Assembly: GCA_035542155.1 (NCBI GenBank)
Contig: DATKLX010000229.1
Coordinates: 442-64,441 of the forward strand
From: Anaerolineaceae bacterium
GTDB taxonomy: Bacteria > Chloroflexota > Anaerolineae > Anaerolineales > Anaerolineaceae
Length of the DNA stretch: 64,000 nucleotides
Reading direction: 5' to 3'
A program made the position numbers and the translations under genes. The first letter of the stretch is position 1. Every line of letters starts with the position of its first letter. Of this stretch, positions 9,371-18,221 are shown in pieces. The notes under the pieces were generated by a model. It worked only from the letters and a program-made list of their open reading frames with translations, was not told the origin of the DNA and did not search any database.

Positions 9371-10848
9371 ACCTTTTTATACTCCGGACCAGACGGCAAA
9401 AGTAAAGCTCGCGTTCCATATTTGATCCGCTTGTCGCCTTCTTTGCTGAATTGTTGGCTGTGATGGACGTGTTCTGCCTCTACCAGGACCGTATGGGCCA
9501 ATTCACGCTCTCCCTGGGAGAGGAGGTGAGTTGCCAGATAATGTAAATGCTTGGTTGCCTGTTTAATCTCCCCGGCAGCCACCTCATTCCGCGCACGATC
9601 CTGCATCCGGTAAAGGGTTAAACGCGATAACGCCTGGACGATTTCATTGGGGGGAGGCTCCGGATCGGAATCAGGCGAAACGGGGCGGACGATCTGAAAA
9701 TTAAACCGCGTATGAGGCACTGACCGGGTTGGGATATCCATTTTTACTTTACCCCGGGCCAGGATTACCTCATCATGGTAATTAGATAGATCTTTTACCA
9801 TAAACTCCAGTAGTATGGATAAGCTTTGAAATTGAACGATATTGCCAACCCGGATCGGGCATTTGGTTGTCAACGGGCCGGATTCGGGCTGAATCCGAAA
9901 CGCGAAGCGCAGCTCAACATTCTCATCTGTTTCGTAATCTAAGGTAACCTGCTCTGCATATATTTTACCAAGGCTGTTGAATTTTTGCTCCAGGAATTTA
10001 TGCAGCTCTTTGGGAGCGGAAACGTACATGCTGGAACCGCCGCTGATACTGGCAATATTATCCAGGAAAGCATCATTCCATTCGTGGCCGATCCCTAGCC
10101 CGCTGATCCCAATTCCCTGCTGGGCAGAGGCTTCTGCCAGCTTCAGGCAGGCATCTTCATCGCCATAGGTGCGGCCATCCGTCAAAAGGATGACGTGGTT
10201 AATGTAAGAGGAGTTCAGATTGCGGCGTACCTGACCGATCCCCTCTTCCAGGCCATGCAGAATTTCAGTTCCGCCACCGGTTTGGAGCATACTTATTTTC
10301 GATTCGATGCGGCTCAAATCCGAAATCCGCGTGGCAGGGATCAGCACTTCGGCTCGATCGCTGAAGGTCACGATGGATATGAGATCCTGAGGCCGCATCT
10401 GGCGAAGCAAGGCAATCGCGTTGGATTTCACCATATCCATCCGCGCTCCCGCCATCGAAGTGGATCGATCCAGAATGAGACAGAGATTGAGCGGAGGAGC
10501 CACATTCACAGCCGGATCTGGAATTGAAGTCAGCTCCATGAGAACGTAAACCAGTTGGGGCTCAGCCAGTTGGGGCAGGCTCGTCCGGCTGTAGAGTGTA
10601 TTGACCGAGATCGAAGGGCTGGAATGTTCCTGAGCGGGCAACATGGCGTCATACTGCCGGCGTTTCTCCGGATTGGAGAGAACATCGTAGGCCTGTTGAA
10701 CCTGCAGAAACAGCTCAGGCGCTTCTGGATCGGGATTGGTGTCCGGGTGTAACTGCCGTGCTGCCTCGAAGTATGCACCCCGGATTTCCTCAGGAGTAGC
10801 ATCTCTGGGTACCCCCAACCGCACGTACAGATTTGAACCACCGATCAT
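9367..10848 (-). CDS. J-domain (DnaJ) - von Willebrand factor A fusion protein
   Basis: The J domain carries an HPD motif (ARQLHPDTNPD ... QAYDVLSNPEKRRQYD). The VWA domain carries a MIDAS DxSxS motif (LILDRSTSMAG) plus LLTDGRT. Confidence 0.85.
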   Translation of the reverse strand: MIGGSNLYVRLGVPRDATPEEIRGAYFEAARQLHPDTNPDPEAPELFLQVQQAYDVLSNPEKRRQYDAMLPAQEHSSPSISVNTLYSRTSLPQLAEPQLVYVLMELTSIPDPAVNVAPPLNLCLILDRSTSMAGARMDMVKSNAIALLRQMRPQDLISIVTFSDRAEVLIPATRISDLSRIESKISMLQTGGGTEILHGLEEGIGQVRRNLNSSYINHVILLTDGRTYGDEDACLKLAEASAQQGIGISGLGIGHEWNDAFLDNIASISGGSSMYVSAPKELHKFLEQKFNSLGKIYAEQVTLDYETDENVELRFAFRIQPESGPLTTKCPIRVGNIVQFQSLSILLEFMVKDLSNYHDEVILARGKVKMDIPTRSVPHTRFNFQIVRPVSPDSDPEPPPNEIVQALSRLTLYRMQDRARNEVAAGEIKQATKHLHYLATHLLSQGERELAHTVLVEAEHVHHSQQFSKEGDKRIKYGTRALLLPSGPEYKKV

Positions 10849-10861
10849 GCAGTATCCCCTA

Positions 10862-11755
10862 TTAATTCGGGTATTGGGCGAGGATTACGCTGATGTTATC
10901 CGGTCCTCCGGCTGCATTGGCCGCTTCCACCAGATTGTGGCAGGCTTTGGATGGGTTTTCTGCGCCGGTGATGATCGAGAACATATCCATCTCAGAGATC
11001 ACTCCCCAGAGCCCATCGCTGCATAACATCAGATAGCCGGGATGAGGCATCAGATAGGTGTTGACATCCGGATCAAAAGGCTCCCCCTGTCCAATCGCGC
11101 GATAGAGCACATTCCGCTGGGGATGAACAGCGGCTTCCTTTTCAGTAATCTGGCCTAATTCCATCAAGCGGCGAACGAGAGAATGGTCGCGGGTCACCGC
11201 CTGCATGCGCCCGTCGGGAAAGATAAAATAAGCCCGGCTGTCGCCCACGTGCGCGATGGTAAGCTGGTCACCCAGGATAAAGGCCGCGGTGAGAGTGGTA
11301 CCACCCCGGGGAGCCAGTCTCAAGACCGCCTGTTGAGCCTCGCGCACGCCCGTCTGGAGGATCTCCTGGAGAGGCTCGCCGCCCATATCAGTACGGATGC
11401 CAATATAGGGCAGGTAAATCTTGCGCATCAGGTAGGTGGACAGGGTCCGCACTGCGACGTTGCTGGCAACCTCGCCGTTTTCGTGACCGCCCATCCCATC
11501 GGCGACCATGAAAATTCCAAAAGGAAGGCTGTTTTCGCTACCGGAAATCATCGAGGACATCGCGAAGAGGCAGTCTTCGTTGTGATCTCTTTGCCGGCCG
11601 ACAGACTGCGCTGTCCCGACAACCAACTGGGGAGGGAAAAACCTGAGCGGTTCTGCAGTGACGGTTTCAAGCTGGTCTGGAGAGAGCGGGGCGGTTTGGA
11701 CACTCTCCGGAAGCTGCTTTTTTCGACCAAATAACCGGGAAATAATATCAATCAC
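10862..11755 (-). CDS. PP2C-family Ser/Thr protein phosphatase
   Basis: The motifs RDHNEDC, VADGMGGH and LCSDGLW, and the C-terminal GGPDNISVIL, are all present. Confidence 0.9.
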   Translation of the reverse strand: MIDIISRLFGRKKQLPESVQTAPLSPDQLETVTAEPLRFFPPQLVVGTAQSVGRQRDHNEDCLFAMSSMISGSENSLPFGIFMVADGMGGHENGEVASNVAVRTLSTYLMRKIYLPYIGIRTDMGGEPLQEILQTGVREAQQAVLRLAPRGGTTLTAAFILGDQLTIAHVGDSRAYFIFPDGRMQAVTRDHSLVRRLMELGQITEKEAAVHPQRNVLYRAIGQGEPFDPDVNTYLMPHPGYLMLCSDGLWGVISEMDMFSIITGAENPSKACHNLVEAANAAGGPDNISVILAQYPN

Positions 11756-11836
11756 GATGATCTCCTCTGCGAAAATGTTAAACCCCGCTTTGCCGCGATG
11801 CTTCGAACCATCTAATTGAATTTATGTGAAAAATGA

Positions 11837-14053
11837 TTATGCAAGGAGGGCATATAGAGTTTTATCCGTAGAACCTACATACAAGATATCATTATACACC
11901 ACTGGGGTACCAGTGATAGGTCCCCCGGTGTTGAATTTCCAGCGCAAGCGGCCGGTGCGGTATTCGAGGCAGTAGAGGTTATTGTCGACCGAGCCGCAGT
12001 AGAGGGAATCTTTATAGATGATCGGGGACCCGGATACCTGGTGATCGGTTTTAAAGCGCCAGATCTCTTTGGCATTTCCAGCGTCCAGGCAATAGATGAA
12101 GCCATCCGCAGATCCAGTAAAGATATAATTATCGACTTTCACTGGGGATGAGATGGAACCCTTACCCATGCGGAAACGCCAGATGACCCACCCAGATTTG
12201 GCGTCCAGGGCATAAAATGAAGTGTCCAGACAGCCAAAAAAGGCCACACCATTGGAGACCAACGGAGATGAAGTGATCCCACGCTTGGCCTTAAACCGCC
12301 ACTTCACCTCACCGCGAAAATCCGCGCAATAAAAATCGCCGCCTTCGCAGCCGAAATAGACATATTCGTTGGTAATGAATGGGGTCGAGCGGACCGCTTC
12401 GGTAGCCTCGACGCGCCAGGCTCGCCGGCTGGAAGCGATATTGACAGCGTGCAGGTAATGATCGTCTGAGCCGACGAACAGGTGACCCTCGGCAACGCGG
12501 GGCGAGCAGCGAATCGGCCCATCCGTGTAATACGTCCAGACCACCTTGCCCGTCCGGATCGAAACCGCGTGGACACGGCGGTCTTCGGATCCAATGAACA
12601 CAGTGTTCTCCGAAACAACCGGGCGGCCGACGATGCCGCCGTCGGTCGCGTATTTCCAGAGGAAATTCCCGTTCGAGCTGTTCAGGGCATAGAGATTATA
12701 GTCGTAGGAGCCGACGAAGAGGATACCATTATCCAGGGTAGGCGTTCCACGGATTTCGTCTTCGCACTCGAACGTCCAGAGCGGCTTGATCGTGTCGGCC
12801 GAGGGACCAATCGCCTGAGTAGTAAACGAAAGGCGAGCCAGCGCCCCGGTCTTGCGCGCCACCATCATCAGAGCATCTTTCATAATCTCAGCGCTCTGGA
12901 AACGGTCCTTGGGCTCATACTGGAGCGCAGTGTTAATTACTGTTTCCAGTTCGGCTGAAACGCCCTGGTTGATTTTGCGGATGGGACGCTCCGAAAAGGT
13001 AAATGGCGGCTCGAGACGGGGGTCTTTGCGGGTAAGCAGGTGATGAAACGTAGCCCCGAGCGCATAGATATCCGCCAGAGGCGTCGCCTCACCGCGGTAC
13101 TGCTCGGGAGGAGAATAGCCTTCCGTTCCAATCATCGTCCCTTTTTGACCCGATTTGAAAATCTTGGCAATCCCAAAATCGACCAAAACAATATGGCCAT
13201 TCTGATTGACCATAATGTTGGAGGGCTTCATATCCCGGAAAATGATCGGCTCCGGTTTGTGGTTATGAAGGAAATGTAAAACATCACACAGCTCGATCGC
13301 CCAGGCGATCACCTGATCTTCGGCGAAGAAGCCAGGGGTCTCGGCCAGGACTGCATCCAGATCCTTCCCATGGATGTACTCTTCTACCAGGTAAGAGCGT
13401 TCATCGTGCGTGAAATAATCGTAAATTCTGGGGATGGCCGGATGGTTTAGGGTGACCAGAATGTTCGCTTCGCGCTCAAAGTTCTGCACGATCGTCTGCC
13501 GAACCAGGGGATCCCTGGCCTGGTTGATCATCTCTTTCACTGCCACCAGTTTGACGACGTTCGGAAAATGGAGATCTCTCGCCCGGTAAACGGACCCCAT
13601 CCCACCGACGCCGATCACTTCCTGGATCGAATATCGGTTTACCAGAATCGAGCCCGCTTGGAGCTGTTGTTCTGGTGGCTGCCCGGAATTGAAGTTTTGA
13701 GTGATATGCTGTGTATCCAGGTTATTCTTCCTTGTACCAGAGATATATGGGTAAGCTCCACAACCTATATTGGCGGGGTTGCCGGACTGGCCGGGTATTC
13801 TATACATCCGGGGTGAGAATAAGTTGAATAAATTATAAGCAGCAATGGTTTCTTTTGCAACCGTTTCACAATTAACAGATATATCAACTGCCTGATCGAG
13901 GTGAAATTCTGGCTTTGCAGAGGGAATTCCGCCTTGCCGATCCCCGGCCTTGAGGGTATGATATTCAGGACCGGTAATTACTCCGGCCACACCAGTTGAA
14001 CCTGCTACAGGACTCATCGATGACGGCAGATTACGAAACCTATCTTTCGCCAT
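11837..14053 (-). CDS. Hanks-type Ser/Thr kinase fused to PQQ-like beta-propeller repeats
   Basis: The kinase motifs are GVGGMGSVYRA, VAVKEM, FRDMKPSNIMV, DFGIAK and SPPEQ. They are followed by about 7-8 repeats of the YxLYALNxxxGxxxW type. I see no TM helix. The start may be 14017 instead. Confidence 0.85.
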   Translation of the reverse strand: MAKDRFRNLPSSMSPVAGSTGVAGVITGPEYHTLKAGDRQGGIPSAKPEFHLDQAVDISVNCETVAKETIAAYNLFNLFSPRMYRIPGQSGNPANIGCGAYPYISGTRKNNLDTQHITQNFNSGQPPEQQLQAGSILVNRYSIQEVIGVGGMGSVYRARDLHFPNVVKLVAVKEMINQARDPLVRQTIVQNFEREANILVTLNHPAIPRIYDYFTHDERSYLVEEYIHGKDLDAVLAETPGFFAEDQVIAWAIELCDVLHFLHNHKPEPIIFRDMKPSNIMVNQNGHIVLVDFGIAKIFKSGQKGTMIGTEGYSPPEQYRGEATPLADIYALGATFHHLLTRKDPRLEPPFTFSERPIRKINQGVSAELETVINTALQYEPKDRFQSAEIMKDALMMVARKTGALARLSFTTQAIGPSADTIKPLWTFECEDEIRGTPTLDNGILFVGSYDYNLYALNSSNGNFLWKYATDGGIVGRPVVSENTVFIGSEDRRVHAVSIRTGKVVWTYYTDGPIRCSPRVAEGHLFVGSDDHYLHAVNIASSRRAWRVEATEAVRSTPFITNEYVYFGCEGGDFYCADFRGEVKWRFKAKRGITSSPLVSNGVAFFGCLDTSFYALDAKSGWVIWRFRMGKGSISSPVKVDNYIFTGSADGFIYCLDAGNAKEIWRFKTDHQVSGSPIIYKDSLYCGSVDNNLYCLEYRTGRLRWKFNTGGPITGTPVVYNDILYVGSTDKTLYALLA

Positions 14054-15411
14054 TCACATGGCGCTACGGCAGCCAGGAAATTCGTAGAATCTGGAGCGAA
14101 ACGAATAAGCGCCGCCTGTGGCGGAAAATCTGGGTCGCCCTGGCAGCGGTTGAAGCCGAGTACGGGCTGGTTACTTCCAGTCAGTTGGCCGATCTCCAGG
14201 CTCATCAGGACGAGGTGGATCTCGACCAGGCGCTGGAGGTCGAAAAAGAAATCCAGCACGACCTGATGGCAGAGCTAAAGATATTTGCCAGACAATGCCC
14301 GGTGGGTGGAAGGATCATCCACCTGGGAGCAACCTCGATGGATATCGAGGATAATGCTGACACGCTGCGCATCCGCGACTCGCTCGATCTGATCCTCGCC
14401 AGAGTAAAAAGCCTCCTGGCCGCATTCGCGAACCAGATCGAGCGCTGGGCCGATACTCCGATCATCGCCTTTACCCATCTCCAACCCGCCGAGCCATCCA
14501 CGCTGGGATACCGCCTGGCCTTCAGCGGGCAGGATTTGCTCAAGGATTTTTCCCTGCTGAAACAATTGCGTGTGGAACTGCGGGGAAAAGGATTTAAAGG
14601 TGCGGTTGGGACTTCGGCAACGTTTGCGGATCTAATCCCCCCCGGCCATCTGGACGATTTCGAAGATAGGCTCGGCCAGATTCTGGAGTTAGCCTTCTTT
14701 CCGGTCACTCACCAGACATATCCACGCAAACAGGAATTCTGGATCGTTTCAGCGTTGGCGGGTGTGGGCGCCACGCTCTCCAAATATGCGTTCGACTTGA
14801 GGATTCTGCAATCACCACCGATCGGTGAATGGTCTGAACCGTTCGGGAAGGAGCAAATCGGCTCTTCGGCCATGCCGTTCAAGCGCAACCCGATGCGGGC
14901 CGAGAAGATCGATTCCCTGGCGCGCTCGCTGGCCCAGATGCCGCGGACAGCCTGGGACAACGCCGCCAATTCACTCCTGGAACGAACCCTGGACGACAGC
15001 GCCAACCGGCGGACCATCCTACCGGAAACCTTCCTGATCGTGGATGAGCTGTTAACCACCAGCCAGATACTGGTGGAAGGATTGAAAGTGGACAGCAAGG
15101 CCCTGGAGCGAAATCTCACCAATTATGGATCTTTCGCCGCGACAGAAAAAATCATGGTTGCGGCTGTCAAAGCCGGGGCCGACCGCCAGGAGATGCATGC
15201 CCACCTGCGCGATCTGTCACTGCAGGCCTGGGATGCAATGCGCAGTGGAAAAGAAAACTCCCTGGCAGACCTGCTGATCAACGATCCGGTCCTGAGACAA
15301 TATCTGGATGCTGATACCATCCACAAGCTGCTCGACCCGGCTGGCCACGTAGGACTGGCCGGGCCCAGGGCTCGAAAACTGGCGGCCGAAATCAGGAAAA
15401 CTCTGGAATGA
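14020..15411 (+). CDS. purB: adenylosuccinate lyase
   Basis: The fumarate-lyase signature GSSAMPFKRNP is present. I prefer ATG 14020 (MTADYETYLSPF...) over TTG 13996. Confidence 0.9.
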   Translation: MTADYETYLSPFTWRYGSQEIRRIWSETNKRRLWRKIWVALAAVEAEYGLVTSSQLADLQAHQDEVDLDQALEVEKEIQHDLMAELKIFARQCPVGGRIIHLGATSMDIEDNADTLRIRDSLDLILARVKSLLAAFANQIERWADTPIIAFTHLQPAEPSTLGYRLAFSGQDLLKDFSLLKQLRVELRGKGFKGAVGTSATFADLIPPGHLDDFEDRLGQILELAFFPVTHQTYPRKQEFWIVSALAGVGATLSKYAFDLRILQSPPIGEWSEPFGKEQIGSSAMPFKRNPMRAEKIDSLARSLAQMPRTAWDNAANSLLERTLDDSANRRTILPETFLIVDELLTTSQILVEGLKVDSKALERNLTNYGSFAATEKIMVAAVKAGADRQEMHAHLRDLSLQAWDAMRSGKENSLADLLINDPVLRQYLDADTIHKLLDPAGHVGLAGPRARKLAAEIRKTLE

Positions 15412-15505
15412 GCGGAGAGTAAATCGCCGTCAGAGGAAAAAGATCTGGACTTCCGCCTGCCGTTTCGGTACAATGATGGAACGTTATTGCACAAAGGAGA
15501 TCAAC

Positions 15506-16726
15506 ATGAGTAACTTTCCGGGAAAAGGCAAGGTCGCTGTGCTCAAAACCCGGCCGGAAACAATCTTGGGGGACATCGACTGCGTCATGGAATTAGCCGG
15601 GGTCCAAAACGCGCTCCCCAAGGAAAACACGACCGGTTTAAAAATTAACATTTCCTGGCAAACCTGGTATCCAGCCTGTTCGACCACCCCCTGGCAGCTT
15701 GAAGGGGTGATCAAATCCTTGCGTAAGTTGGGCTACCGGGACCTGATCGGTTTTCATAACGATACGGTGGTGGTCGATACGACCGTCGGCGAGGTGTATA
15801 ACAAACACCGCTTCGTTACGGACGAATGTGGGATTCCGTGCGTTTATCTGTACGAAGAGAAGTTCGAGTGGGAGCGATATGAGCCCAGGCAGCCTTTCCT
15901 CGTCCTGGATAAAGTATATCCGGATGGGGTGTACATCCCCAAAGCATTGATCGGCAAAAATATCGTCCATCTTCCGACTGTGAAAACTCATGTATTTACC
16001 ACGATCACCGGAGCGATGAAAAACGCTTTTGGTGGGCTACTGCACCGCAACCGCCACTGGACGCACAGCGTCATCCATGAGACGCTGGTAGACCTGCTCA
16101 TGATCCAGCAGGATATCCACCCGGGAATTTTCGCTGTGATGGATGGGACTTTCGCGGGAGATGGACCCGGGCCAAGGGCGATGCGCTGGCACGAAAAGAA
16201 CATTATGCTGGCTTCAGCAGACCAGGTGGCCATCGACGCCATCTCCGCAAAGCTCCAGGGTTTCGACCCGATGGAGATCCCGTTTATCCGCCTCGCCCAC
16301 GAGATGGGGTTGGGGGTTGGGGATCCGAAAGAGATTGAGATTGTGGGCTATGATATCAACCAGGAAGCCCCGTGGAATTTCCACCAGGAAGACACTTTTG
16401 CCTCTAAGGGCCAAAAACTGATCTACAACGGGCCGCTGAAACCGTTCGAAAAAGTGCTTCTGCAAAGCCCGCTCGTCCCGTGGAGCTATTTCGCTAGCAA
16501 CTTTTACCACAATGTGTACTGGTACCCGTTTGTCGGACGCAAACGCGTCCAGAAAGCCCTGGATACACCCTGGGGTAAGTTATTCCAGCAATATGGCAAT
16601 GGAGAGGTTGTGCTGCCCGGAATGGAGCCGAAGACGGTGGTACAGGCTGCGGTGGGGATGGGGCTCGTCGCCGCGACCATGGGAACGATTGCCTGGCTTC
16701 TCACAAAAAAGTCAAAGAGGAATTAG
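15506..16726 (+). CDS. DUF362 domain-containing protein with C-terminal TM anchor
   Basis: It has the DUF362-like blocks LKINISW, HLPTVKTHVFTTITGAMKN and DGTFAGDGPGP. The hydrophobic tail reads VVQAAVGMGLVAATMGTIAWLL. I prefer the start at ATG 15506, after an AAAGGAGA RBS. Confidence 0.65.
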   Translation: MSNFPGKGKVAVLKTRPETILGDIDCVMELAGVQNALPKENTTGLKINISWQTWYPACSTTPWQLEGVIKSLRKLGYRDLIGFHNDTVVVDTTVGEVYNKHRFVTDECGIPCVYLYEEKFEWERYEPRQPFLVLDKVYPDGVYIPKALIGKNIVHLPTVKTHVFTTITGAMKNAFGGLLHRNRHWTHSVIHETLVDLLMIQQDIHPGIFAVMDGTFAGDGPGPRAMRWHEKNIMLASADQVAIDAISAKLQGFDPMEIPFIRLAHEMGLGVGDPKEIEIVGYDINQEAPWNFHQEDTFASKGQKLIYNGPLKPFEKVLLQSPLVPWSYFASNFYHNVYWYPFVGRKRVQKALDTPWGKLFQQYGNGEVVLPGMEPKTVVQAAVGMGLVAATMGTIAWLLTKKSKRN

Positions 16727-16727
16727 G

Positions 16728-16766
16728 ATCAAAAAAGGCCGGGTGCGCACCCGTCCTTTTTTGATT
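16728..16766. terminator. bidirectional intrinsic terminator between convergent genes
   Basis: The sequence is GATCAAAAAAGG-CCGGGTGCGCACCCG-TCCTTTTTTGAT. A GC-rich palindromic stem is flanked by an A-run and a T-run, so a U-tract follows on both strands. Confidence 0.75.
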
Positions 16767-16768
16767 CG

Positions 16769-17296
16769 CTAAGTGAAATATTCATTTCCCTGGCGGGCGC
16801 TCTGGTAAAGCACATCCCACATCCAATCGTTCAGGTATGTTTCGACATCCCGGAGCAAATTGTAGTGAAGATTTAAGCTGGAGACCAGGTCTCGGGCATC
16901 GCGCCACAACTGCATGCACGTAGCTTGGGTTTCTTCCTCCAGGATTCCCTGGGCGCGGAGCACGCCAAGAAAGCGGCTGGGCTTCATGTGGGCGACAGTT
17001 GCTGGCTTACTGACCCCGTGGAAACGGATGCCGTAACTATCCAGGTTTGTTTTCAAGCCATTGAGAACCTGGTCAATATCCTCCTGGACCTGCGATTTTC
17101 GCAGGGTCGTTTCGGCGAGGATCTCGCGAAACACGTCGAGGCTCTCCGGGCCGGCTAAGACCAGAGATTCCACCAGTTTGTGCATAGGATTGACGCTGGA
17201 CACTTCCAAGCAACGCGTCAGCACTTCACCAGCCTGCATCCGAATGAAAGCTTTTTCGGCAAAGGCGAACACACTGTCCAGGGAGTCATCCGTCAT
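16769..17296 (-). CDS. hypothetical protein (about 175 aa, predicted helical)
   Basis: I prefer the start at ATG 17296 (MTDDSLDSV...), which overlaps the stop of the upstream DUF971 gene by 11 nt. I recognise no family. Confidence 0.5.
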   Translation of the reverse strand: MTDDSLDSVFAFAEKAFIRMQAGEVLTRCLEVSSVNPMHKLVESLVLAGPESLDVFREILAETTLRKSQVQEDIDQVLNGLKTNLDSYGIRFHGVSKPATVAHMKPSRFLGVLRAQGILEEETQATCMQLWRDARDLVSSLNLHYNLLRDVETYLNDWMWDVLYQSARQGNEYFT

Positions 17297-17651
17297 GGTT
17301 ACGTTCCTCCTGGCATACCGGGCAGGGACAGAGCGACCTGAGGTAATGCCAGTTGTAAATTCCGTAATGATGGCCATCTTCCCATTGGATGTTGATCGCG
17401 TAGGAGCCAACCTGCTCGATCTGAGCGATATGGGTGGCGGGAGAATCCGGCATCTTTACGGAAAATACCGCTAAGTCGGGTTCAGAGCTCATATATTCGT
17501 GGCCGCCGCGGCAGCCTGCGCAGGGGCAGGCTGCCCGGATCAAAGAAAATGGATAGTAACTTTTATGTCCATCATTCCAGGCGATGCGCAGCAGACCGGA
17601 TTTCCGATCAGCCGTTATCGAAGCTGGTGTTGTATTCCCTGTTCGACTCAT
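17286..17651 (-). CDS. DUF971 (gamma-butyrobetaine hydroxylase-like N-terminal) domain protein
   Basis: It has Cys pairs CPCAGC and CPCPVC, plus IAWNDGH and IQWEDGHHYGIY repeats typical of DUF971. The start is assumed at ATG 17651. Confidence 0.65.
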   Translation of the reverse strand: MSRTGNTTPASITADRKSGLLRIAWNDGHKSYYPFSLIRAACPCAGCRGGHEYMSSEPDLAVFSVKMPDSPATHIAQIEQVGSYAINIQWEDGHHYGIYNWHYLRSLCPCPVCQEERNHDG

Positions 17652-17723
17652 AGCGAATAAACAATGGCGCTTGATTGAACGATGATCATAATGATAGATG
17701 CAAATTCCCAAAAAAGCAAATCG

Positions 17724-18221
17724 TCAGGGCGTTTGGATCACCGCCAGGAAATCTGCTGCAGCCCAGCCGTTGCGGTTCGCATCGTAGGGTGCGACCAGAT
17801 ACCACCAGGTCAGACCATCCGCTGAGTGCGGGCCATCCTTGACCTGAAACACTTCGGATTCGGCGCCGAGAAACTTAAGAGCGCCGCTTTTTCCGGGTTG
17901 CTCTCTCAAACGCAGCCCGTCCCCGCCGGTCCCGGAAATCTGCACGTAGATGCCGATTGAGATGGGCCCGCCGGCTTGCTGGGGAACCGTCTGGAGGGTG
18001 GGCGTTGGGGTGGGTGGAAGATCGGGCAGAACGATATTCGGGGTGAGTGTAGGAGCAGGGACGATGACCACTTCCGCGGTAGGAGCAAGCTGGTGAGAGG
18101 CTGGAGCGCGGAGATAGACCAGCATGAGCCAGACCAGGACGATGAGTAGCCCGGCAAGCGCCAGCCCGCCTAAGACGACCCAGACATTGAGAAAATCCTT
18201 CCACCAGGGGTTTCGCTTCAT
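17724..18221 (-). CDS. membrane-anchored bacterial SH3 domain protein
   Basis: It has an N-terminal TM helix, a Pro/Thr linker and an SH3b-like C-terminus (GLRLREQPGKSG ... WWYLV ... GWAAADFL). Confidence 0.6.
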   Translation of the reverse strand: MKRNPWWKDFLNVWVVLGGLALAGLLIVLVWLMLVYLRAPASHQLAPTAEVVIVPAPTLTPNIVLPDLPPTPTPTLQTVPQQAGGPISIGIYVQISGTGGDGLRLREQPGKSGALKFLGAESEVFQVKDGPHSADGLTWWYLVAPYDANRNGWAAADFLAVIQTP

